DNA of 61,554 bases from contig CALDFW010000106.1 in NCBI GenBank assembly GCA_937942165.1, positions 1-61,554 on the forward strand. Direction: 5' to 3'. The position numbers were made by a program, and so were the translations under genes. This DNA comes from an uncultured bacterium. Lineage in GTDB: Bacteria > Latescibacterota > UBA2968 > UBA8231. The notes below the pieces were generated by a model. The model was not told where the DNA came from. It saw only the letters and a program-made list of their open reading frames with translations, and did no database searches. Below, piece after piece: positions 18,518 to 25,757 of the stretch. Positions within the stretch are counted from its first letter, which is position 1, and each line of letters begins with the position of its first letter.

Positions 18518-19513
18518 TTAGGGGACCTCTACGTGGTCAAATAGCTGCTGTACAATACGTTCTGAATCAACCTCCTCTGCTTCAGCCTCGTAACTAGCAA
18601 CAACTCGATGGCGCAGCACGTCTGCTCCAATCGCTTTCACATCTTCTGGTGTAACGTAGGCGCGCTGACGTAAAAATGCGTGTGCCCGAGCGGCGCGAAC
18701 GAGGAAGATAGTCGCCCTAGGAGAAGCTCCGTGTTCGATTAGAGGAGCGATCTCATTTAACCCCATCTGCTCGGGAAAACGCGTAGCGTGAACGAGATCG
18801 ACAATATAGTCTTTGATTTTATCATCGATATAAACCATCTCTACAACCTCGCGCAGTTGTAAGACCTGATCTACAGAAAGGGCATGCTGCACTTCGATAT
18901 CCCCACCGCTGGCCATCCGATCGAGGATCATGCGTTCATCCTGACGGGATGGATAAGTCACTTTCACCTTCAGCATGAACCGGTCGACCTGCGCCTCTGG
19001 CAGTGGATAGGTTCCCTCTTGTTCAATGGGGTTTTGCGTAGCCATAACCAGAAATGGATCTTCGAGGCCGTACGTCTCGTCTCCTATTGTGACCTGCCGC
19101 TCCTGCATACATTCCAACAGGGCACTCTGCACTTTGGCAGGCGCACGGTTGATCTCATCGGCCAGGACTAAATTGGCAAAGACCGGGCCCATCTTGGGAA
19201 TAAAAGCACCGTCTTGGGGATTGTAAATTAGCGTCCCCGTTAGGTCGGCAGGAAGTAAATCCGGTGTGAACTGTATCCGCTTAAAGCTCGCCTGTAGTAT
19301 GCGAGCGAGCGTAGATACAGTCAGCGTTTTAGCAAGTCCTGGCACACCTTCTAACAGGATATGCCCACCGCATATAAGGCCAATCAGCATGCGTTCAACC
19401 ATATAGCGCTGTCCAACAATTACGCGATCCATCTCAGAAAAAACGCGATCAACAAGCGGGGCCTGCTGCTGGATTTTTTCACTTATAGCATGTATATCAA
19501 TAGCGTTTTGCAT
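18518..19513 (-). CDS. moxR: MoxR-family AAA+ ATPase
   Basis: 331 aa. Walker A LEGVPGLAKT, Walker B NLVLADEINRA, and FLVMATQNPIEQEGTYPLPEAQVDRF, typical of MoxR/RavA-type AAA+ proteins. Confidence 0.92.
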   Translation of the reverse strand: MQNAIDIHAISEKIQQQAPLVDRVFSEMDRVIVGQRYMVERMLIGLICGGHILLEGVPGLAKTLTVSTLARILQASFKRIQFTPDLLPADLTGTLIYNPQDGAFIPKMGPVFANLVLADEINRAPAKVQSALLECMQERQVTIGDETYGLEDPFLVMATQNPIEQEGTYPLPEAQVDRFMLKVKVTYPSRQDERMILDRMASGGDIEVQHALSVDQVLQLREVVEMVYIDDKIKDYIVDLVHATRFPEQMGLNEIAPLIEHGASPRATIFLVRAARAHAFLRQRAYVTPEDVKAIGADVLRHRVVASYEAEAEEVDSERIVQQLFDHVEVP

Positions 19514-19705
19514 AATCTCCTACTGGGCAAAAAAAAAACCGCCTTTGCCAGGTACAGTCTCACGGCGCGACTCGGGACCCGTACGTGCATCGGCGGATAT
19601 ACTTCTAAAACGATGGATTAAAAAGACGGCTTCCGGTCTTTAGCGGCGCAAGGCCGTGCGTATGTCTTATCTTATGACCGAGCTGGGAACAGGAGTCCCT
19701 CAGCT

Positions 19706-20191
19706 CTAATTTACTCTATCCTGAAAATGCACCCACTCCTCTGGACTTTGGCCCACATGAGGCAAGAGCTGTTTGGCGCTTGCCGCGAGTTCAGAGTTGG
19801 GATAGTGATCTATGACACGCTGATAGGCACCTCGCGCTTTTTCGATATCGTTCAGATATTCCTCGTATATGAAAGCGATCATAAACTGCGCTTCGTCGCC
19901 TAAGTCACTTTGAGGATATTCGTCCAGCAAGCGCTCATACAGAGTGATTGCACTTTGCATATCCCCTTTTTGCTGTGCTACAGCCGCCCAGTTCTTTAGC
20001 GCGGCAGGCGCCTTTTCATGTTGAGGATATATACGCACAAATTCGCTGTAGGCATCTACTGCCTGGTCCATGTTTTGGTCCGCTGTCGCGCGTTCAGCTT
20101 CTTCCCATAAATCGCTCGGTTCATTGCCACCACACCCCCACTGAACGACCGTAACAAGGGGAATGAGAAATAACCTCAATACAAATAGCAT
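19706..20191 (-). CDS. Small TPR-like lipoprotein (YbgF/BamD-like fold)
   Basis: I prefer the ATG at 20191 (MLFVLRLFLIPLVTVVQWGCGG, lipoprotein-like signal with Cys). The ORF-track N-terminal extension to 20380 overlaps the FmdB gene. TPR-like repeats are present (AVDAYSEFVRIYPQHEKAPAA; AITLYERLLDEYPQSDLGDEA; ARGAYQRVIDHYPNSELA). Confidence 0.6.
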   Translation of the reverse strand: MLFVLRLFLIPLVTVVQWGCGGNEPSDLWEEAERATADQNMDQAVDAYSEFVRIYPQHEKAPAALKNWAAVAQQKGDMQSAITLYERLLDEYPQSDLGDEAQFMIAFIYEEYLNDIEKARGAYQRVIDHYPNSELAASAKQLLPHVGQSPEEWVHFQDRVN

Positions 20192-20210
20192 AGTTAACCC
20201 AGTCGAACGA

Positions 20211-20525
20211 TTAATCCGCTTTGGCGGTTCCCGATGTATCCGTCTTTTTAGACGATTTTTTAGTATCGCTCGTTCCCGAAGAATCGCTACTAGTATCGGC
20301 TTTAGCCGCTTTCTGGTAGCTTTCGCTCCGATAATCGGTCTCGTAAAAACCCGACCCTTTAAACAGCAATCCCCCTCCACTACTGATCAACCGCTTGAGT
20401 CGACCGCGCGCGCCTCCCTTGGGACATATCGCTTTGCGACAGCTCTTTAGCGGCTCGGCCGTAATGCTCTGAAATTCTTCAAAACGATGACCACACTTCT
20501 GACACTCGTACTCATATGTTGGCAT
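20211..20525 (-). CDS. FmdB-family zinc-ribbon protein
   Basis: 104 aa. [21 protein letters not shown]...C....C is the classic FmdB/CxxC zinc-ribbon N-terminus. A Ser/Thr/Lys-rich tail follows. Confidence 0.8.
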   Translation of the reverse strand: MPTYEYECQKCGHRFEEFQSITAEPLKSCRKAICPKGGARGRLKRLISSGGGLLFKGSGFYETDYRSESYQKAAKADTSSDSSGTSDTKKSSKKTDTSGTAKAD

Positions 20526-20598
20526 TGTTTTATCCTTGGATTAAACAAGCTTCATAATATAGGGTTCAGTTAGGGGGACGCAATATCTGACAGGCGGA

Positions 20599-22728
20599 TC
20601 AGTCGCCTACTGTTCTGCTGTCAATCGGTTCTTGGGGTAGACCAAAAGTAGATCCTTCTTCATCCGAAGTAAGATCGGGTAAGTCTACGCTTTCGAGAGG
20701 ACGGAATCGATCTCCATCAATTTTCAAAAGCGTCAGATCAACGTTAGTTCGACGCTGTTCAGAAAAGGAGATTTGCCCAGAAACGCCGGGAAAGCTGCGC
20801 ACGCCTGCGAGCCAGGCGCGTATTTGTTCTCGTTCCCCTCCGCCTTCTTGCCAGGCACGTATCGCGAGTTGAGCCGCATCGTAGCCATGAGCTGCATATT
20901 GAGGGTCGCTGTAAAAACGCTGTCTGTAGCTGTCTATAAAGTTGCGCTCCTCAGCTCGATCTTCGCGGTGAGCAGAGGCTACAATAACTCCATCGACATA
21001 CTTTCTTTCGCTCCCGCGCATCTGACGAACGCCCTCTGGATCATACCAAATATCATTGCCAATAATTCGAGCATCCAAGCGATAAAAGGAAACTTGGGGC
21101 GCAATTGTTTTGGCATCCTCAAAACTCTCCACTACAACTACAATGCCGTCTATAGTGTCGATAAAGATTTCGGATGAATCGGGAGGCGCTTCTTCTTCTT
21201 CTTCTTCGACCCCCTCCTCTATACCCTCCAGCAATTCCGTGAGAAATGAAGGTGCGGTTTGCGCACTATCAACGCCCGTCCACTCAAGCGAGTCTGCAAC
21301 GGCGAGCGTATCGATCGGAGGAGGCATGAGTTCGAACCCAACGCGACGAATTTCCTCAAATACGCGACGAAAGTCTTTCGTTTCATTGGGCACGTACCAA
21401 TCCGTGTGCACCACCTGCCCGCCGTTATCTTCGGCGACCCGACTAAACTCGCGCACAAAATTCCAACCGTAGTCACTGAGAGGAGAGACAAGTACCAGGG
21501 TCTGGTGTCCCAACACCAGCGTCGCATGCTCAGCCAACAGATGGCCCTGTGTTTCGGGTATCGTATTGAGCTGGAATATATACTGCCCGATTGAATCGAG
21601 CCCGCTTTGCTGAGACAGCGGAGCAATCATGGGAACACCGGCCGCCTCAGCAACCACGGCAGCAGCCACACACGAACTGCTAAAGAGCGGGCCAATAATC
21701 GCTTTGACATCCTGTTCGACTAAGCTGCGCGCTCCCTGCACTACACGCACTAAACCGCTTCCCGGATGTTCACTTATACTGCCCACGGCGTCTGTATTAA
21801 TTGGCAATTCGCCAAAGTCCATCCCCGTATCGGCTAGGACCAAGTCGAACGGCTGACCGGCAGCTTCGTTGGCCATCTGAACCCCAGAATAGAGCTCTTC
21901 CCCAAGCGCTTTATACGGCCCGCTAAAGGGCAGCAATAGGCCCAGCTTCACTCCTGAAGTAGGCACTGACTCTTCGCTCCAAGAATCGATTCGACCGTTT
22001 GGCAGTTGAATCGGTTCGTAGTCTGTGACAGGCAGCCCCCCCTCGCCATCACTCTCTCCGTATCGGTTGATCAACGTCGAAAAGATACCCGCAGTGCCGA
22101 TGCTATCGCCATAGGCCTGTTCCGCTAGTGCCGCTTCGATATCCCAACCGAGACGCCGAAACCACCGTGCACGCCCGTAAAAGAGCGCCTCACGCATCCG
22201 TTTGGCACCCACTGCTAACCGAATGCTTTCCATCGCTTTTTCGCTGATAAAGCGATTTTTATCTATGGCTGCCAGTCGTTCTGCAGCTCGCGCCTGCGTC
22301 TCAAGCGGGGCCGGCGTCGCTAAGAGCCGTCCGTATTCGGCTGCAGCTTCGTAGTATCGCTTGAGCTGAAAATAGGCATCCCCTGTTAACAGCCGAGCAT
22401 CTGGGATATAGCGACTATCGACGTGCGTTCTCGGTAGACCACGCGCAGCGGCCAGCGCGTCTTCGTAGTTGCCCAAACGAAAGTGGCTCTTTCCCAGCAT
22501 CAGTTGACCCGCGCTGGAATGCTGATGCGTCGCCATCTCCAGCAGGCGAGCAAATGCGATACGAGCCTCTTCGTATTCTCCGACGCGATAGGCCTGCAGG
22601 CCCTGCGCAAACAATCTATCGGCCTCAGGAGAATACGTTCCCTCTATCGATTGGGCCTGTAGTCGAACAGGCTGGTCCCAGGCTATTACAGCCATTATTA
22701 CGAGGAAAATGCCCGAGATCTGACGCAT
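20599..22728 (-). CDS. Exported TPR domain fused to a type-1 periplasmic-binding-protein fold (LppC/LpoA-like architecture)
   Basis: 709 aa: signal peptide, N-terminal TPR-like helices, then a Leu/Ile/Val-binding-protein-like core (VKAIIGPLFSSSCVAAAVVAEAAGVPMIAPLS). An acidic insert EGVEEEEEEAPP splits the fold. Confidence 0.55.
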   Translation of the reverse strand: MRQISGIFLVIMAVIAWDQPVRLQAQSIEGTYSPEADRLFAQGLQAYRVGEYEEARIAFARLLEMATHQHSSAGQLMLGKSHFRLGNYEDALAAARGLPRTHVDSRYIPDARLLTGDAYFQLKRYYEAAAEYGRLLATPAPLETQARAAERLAAIDKNRFISEKAMESIRLAVGAKRMREALFYGRARWFRRLGWDIEAALAEQAYGDSIGTAGIFSTLINRYGESDGEGGLPVTDYEPIQLPNGRIDSWSEESVPTSGVKLGLLLPFSGPYKALGEELYSGVQMANEAAGQPFDLVLADTGMDFGELPINTDAVGSISEHPGSGLVRVVQGARSLVEQDVKAIIGPLFSSSCVAAAVVAEAAGVPMIAPLSQQSGLDSIGQYIFQLNTIPETQGHLLAEHATLVLGHQTLVLVSPLSDYGWNFVREFSRVAEDNGGQVVHTDWYVPNETKDFRRVFEEIRRVGFELMPPPIDTLAVADSLEWTGVDSAQTAPSFLTELLEGIEEGVEEEEEEAPPDSSEIFIDTIDGIVVVVESFEDAKTIAPQVSFYRLDARIIGNDIWYDPEGVRQMRGSERKYVDGVIVASAHREDRAEERNFIDSYRQRFYSDPQYAAHGYDAAQLAIRAWQEGGGEREQIRAWLAGVRSFPGVSGQISFSEQRRTNVDLTLLKIDGDRFRPLESVDLPDLTSDEEGSTFGLPQEPIDSRTVGD
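21189..21206. repeat. (CTT)6 trinucleotide microsatellite, in frame (Glu6 on the minus strand)
   Basis: cttcttcttcttcttctt read directly. It lies in the acidic insert of the TPR-PBP protein. Confidence 0.9.
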
Positions 22729-22796
22729 GGAAACTCCTTAATAAACAGTTGGATATCGCGAAATGTAGACTTGGCAAGGCCGAGTGTCAAGCGGGG

Positions 22797-22825
22797 TTGT
22801 CGCAGCATCTCTAGCCCTGTATATT
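22797..22825 (+). promoter_or_regulatory. Candidate sigma-70-type promoter for the ClpX-like gene
   Basis: TTGTCG (22797-22802), a 17-nt spacer, TATATT (22820-22825). A GGAG ribosome-binding site lies 5 nt before the ATG at 22860. Pattern match only. Confidence 0.35.
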
Positions 22826-22859
22826 AGCATGTAAGACAACTCAACTGATCTGGAGTACA

Positions 22860-24368
22860 ATGGAAATACGCTCAGAAAAAATAGGCCTTGATCCCGAAAA
22901 ACTGCGTCAGTTCCTCGAGCAGCAAATGAAGAACCAGCCGCCGCCGCAACAGGCTGGGGCGGCCGACGGCAACGCATCGACGACCCCGTCAGAAGGGCCT
23001 CCGATCGAGTTTGACCTGATCCCCGAGGAGTTAGAGGCCTATTTGGACCAGTTCGTTATCCGCCAGAGCGAAGCAAAAGCCGTTCTTTCCACTAAAATCT
23101 GCACTCATTTTAACAGGCTCAAGCTAGAAGCGAACGAAGATGAGGAAGCCATTGGCAACATAAAGAACAACGTGCTTCTCATCGGCCCCACCGGCGTAGG
23201 AAAGACGTACCTCATCAAGCTCATAGCCCGCAAAATCGGCGTGCCCTTTGTCAAAGGAGACGCAACCAAGTTCAGTGAAACAGGCTATGTCGGTGGCGAT
23301 GTCGAGGATCTAGTCCGCGAGCTAGTCCGTGAGGCAGATGGCGATATAGCGCGTGCTGAACACGGGATAATTTACATTGATGAAATTGATAAGATCGCCT
23401 CAACGCGTGGCCTGAACGGCCCCGACGTCTCGCGCTCCGGCGTGCAGCGAAACCTCCTCAAACTCATGGAGGAGACCGAAGTTGACCTAAAATCGCCCCA
23501 AGATATCGCTTCTCAGATGGAAGCTGTCATGCAAATGCAACAATCCGGCAAGATGGAGCGAAAGAAGGTCAATACGCGCGACATACTTTTCATAGTGAGC
23601 GGTGCCTTTGCAGGGCTCGACGAAATCATCGCTCGTCGCCTCAACAAAGGTGCAATCGGATTTCAACTGGGCGAGGAAAGAGCACCGTCAGACATTGAGC
23701 CACAGCAGCTGTATCGAAACGTCCGCACGGAAGACCTTTTGGAATATGGTTTTGAGTCCGAATTTATTGGCCGTCTGCCGGTGATCGCCATTTTACACGA
23801 ATTGGCAAAAGAGGACCTACTCTCTATCCTACGCAGCCCCAAGAGCAGCGTCATATTGTCGAAAAAGCGCGACTTCAGAGCCTATGGCATTGATATTGAT
23901 TTCAGCGACAGAGCACTCGAAATTCTCGCAGCACGCGCAAACGAGGAAAAGACGGGGGCTCGCAGCCTTGTTGGCGCAGTAGAGCGCGCGCTCCTTCCCT
24001 TCGAGAAGAAACTACCCTCTAGTGCGGTACGGCGGTTTACTGTAAACGAAGGCGTAATCACAGATCCGCAAACGGAATTACTCAAGCTGCTGAGCACGTC
24101 TTCGTTGGGCAATTTTTGTCAGGAATTCTCACAAAAAAACGGAATTATCTTGCATATCGCTCCAGACGCGGAAGCGTTGATCCTACAAACTGCAGCTGCA
24201 CAAAAGAGCGAACCGAGCCAACTTTGTGAGACGCTTTTTGCGGATTACGGACACGGCCTCAAGCTGGCAGAGCTTGCGGAGTATACCATCACCGTTGAAG
24301 CCGTAAGAGACCCTCAAGAAGTGCTCAATCAGCTTATTCGTGCGTTCTATAACCGCGCAAAAGAATGA
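22860..24368 (+). CDS. ClpX-family AAA+ unfoldase paralogue lacking the N-terminal zinc-binding domain
   Basis: 502 aa. Walker A LLIGPTGVGKTY, pore loop ETGYVGGD, Walker B IIYIDEIDKI, an IGF-type loop (KGAIGFQLG), and EFIGRLPVIAILHEL plus KTGARSL as in ClpX. The N-terminal 110 aa contain a single Cys, so there is no C4 ribbon. A ~100-aa C-terminal extension is present. Confidence 0.8.
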   Translation: MEIRSEKIGLDPEKLRQFLEQQMKNQPPPQQAGAADGNASTTPSEGPPIEFDLIPEELEAYLDQFVIRQSEAKAVLSTKICTHFNRLKLEANEDEEAIGNIKNNVLLIGPTGVGKTYLIKLIARKIGVPFVKGDATKFSETGYVGGDVEDLVRELVREADGDIARAEHGIIYIDEIDKIASTRGLNGPDVSRSGVQRNLLKLMEETEVDLKSPQDIASQMEAVMQMQQSGKMERKKVNTRDILFIVSGAFAGLDEIIARRLNKGAIGFQLGEERAPSDIEPQQLYRNVRTEDLLEYGFESEFIGRLPVIAILHELAKEDLLSILRSPKSSVILSKKRDFRAYGIDIDFSDRALEILAARANEEKTGARSLVGAVERALLPFEKKLPSSAVRRFTVNEGVITDPQTELLKLLSTSSLGNFCQEFSQKNGIILHIAPDAEALILQTAAAQKSEPSQLCETLFADYGHGLKLAELAEYTITVEAVRDPQEVLNQLIRAFYNRAKE

Positions 24369-24370
24369 GC

Positions 24371-25741
24371 CTAGCGCAGATCGTACTCGATCTCTTTCCG
24401 ATAGAGCGTACTAAGGCCTATTTGAAGTATTTCAGCCGCGCGGCGACGGTCGTTGCCAACTGCTTTTAGCGTCTCGCGTATCGCCATCTTTTCCATTTCC
24501 TTTATGGACATACCGACGCGAAAATCGACGCCAGCGAACGTTCGTTCTCGACGATTTATGTAGCGAGGAATATCATCGACCTCCAGCATTCCCTCGCGTG
24601 AGGACATGACGACCATGCCCTCGATACAGTTTTTCAACTCGCGCACATTACCCGGCCATTCGTATTCAATAAGAATGTCGAGAGCGCGCGCACTAACTCC
24701 GGAAATATTCTTTTCGTTATCATCCGCGAATTGACGCACAAACTCGTCAACGAGCAGCGGAATATCTTCGTGGCACTCGCGTAAAGCAGGCACCTCAATA
24801 GTGACTACGTTGAGCCGATAGAATAAATCGGCTCTGTATGTACCGGAGTCGACCATGGTGTCCAAGTCCCGATGCGTAGCGGCTATAAGCCGCACATCAA
24901 CTCCGCGAGTCTGCGTAGCTCCCACTCGTTCGAATCGACCGTCTTGGATGACGCGCAGCAGTTTCACCTGTGTAGGCGGAGGAATATCCCCTACTTCGTC
25001 TAAAAAAAGCGTCCCCTCGTCCGCTAGTTCAAAACGCCCTTTACGCGCCGTAGCTGCGCCAGTAAACGCGCCCCTTTCGTGTCCAAATAATTCACTTTCG
25101 ACCACCCCTTCTGGCAGCGCTCCACAGTTCACTTCAACAAATGCTTCACCGCGCCTTCTGCTCTGTTGGTGAATAGCCTTGGCCACCTCACCTTTTCCCG
25201 TGCCCGTTTCCCCCCGTATTAATACGCTCGTCTTTGACTGCGCCACCTGCTCCACTTGACGATATATGCGCTGCCAAGCTGACGAGCGACGAGCGATGCC
25301 ACCAAAGCGATAGCGTTCATCTAATCGGCGCTGAAGGTTAGACACCTCTCCTACGAGCTGCTGATAGGAGAGTCCTCGCTCTAAAACGGCCTTTATCTTT
25401 GCAAAATTGAGCGGCATTAGCTGGAAATCGTAGGCCCCTTCACGCATAGCTTCTATACCCAACTCGATTTCCTCCGGCGTCGCTATAGCGATCGCGCAAA
25501 TAGACGCATTCCTATCACGCGCTATTTTTTGCAGGCGCAGGCCGTCAATCCGAACCTGTTTAAGTGGGTAAATCAGCGCATTCACAACTTCAGTATCTAG
25601 GATATCATACGCGCTTTGTCCCTCGCGCACCCAAAGGACGTCGGCCCCATCTCCCTCGAGAGCAGCTACGAGATCCTTGGCAGACGTAGACTCAGGCATT
25701 ACAACCAAAATACGCGCACGTGATACCGATGTCTCACTCAC
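24371..25741 (-). CDS. Sigma-54-dependent transcriptional activator (bEBP) with degenerate receiver domain
   Basis: 456 aa with an apparent GTG start. The AAA+ core has GETGTGKG, the sigma-54 contact loop ESELFGHERGAFTGA, and a C-terminal Fis-type HTH (AAEILQIGLSTLYRK). The N-terminal receiver-like fold lacks the phospho-acceptor residues (see finding). It starts 16 nt downstream of lon. Confidence 0.9.
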   Translation of the reverse strand: MSETSVSRARILVVMPESTSAKDLVAALEGDGADVLWVREGQSAYDILDTEVVNALIYPLKQVRIDGLRLQKIARDRNASICAIAIATPEEIELGIEAMREGAYDFQLMPLNFAKIKAVLERGLSYQQLVGEVSNLQRRLDERYRFGGIARRSSAWQRIYRQVEQVAQSKTSVLIRGETGTGKGEVAKAIHQQSRRRGEAFVEVNCGALPEGVVESELFGHERGAFTGAATARKGRFELADEGTLFLDEVGDIPPPTQVKLLRVIQDGRFERVGATQTRGVDVRLIAATHRDLDTMVDSGTYRADLFYRLNVVTIEVPALRECHEDIPLLVDEFVRQFADDNEKNISGVSARALDILIEYEWPGNVRELKNCIEGMVVMSSREGMLEVDDIPRYINRRERTFAGVDFRVGMSIKEMEKMAIRETLKAVGNDRRRAAEILQIGLSTLYRKEIEYDLR

Positions 25742-25757
25742 GAACTATCTTCTCCCT

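Noticed and set aside
19626-19646. Possible terminator after the TPR-lipoprotein gene (minus strand aaagaccggaagccgtcttttt)
   Set aside because: The stem is only about 5 bp with a bulge (gac-c-gg / cc-gtc). The T5 tail is suggestive, but the stem is too weak to report as a feature.
22770-22790. TGGCAA...-type sigma-54 look-alike upstream of the ClpX-like gene (ttGGCAAggccgagtgtc)
   Set aside because: No GC dinucleotide lies 10 nt after the GG, and no TTGC -12 element is present.
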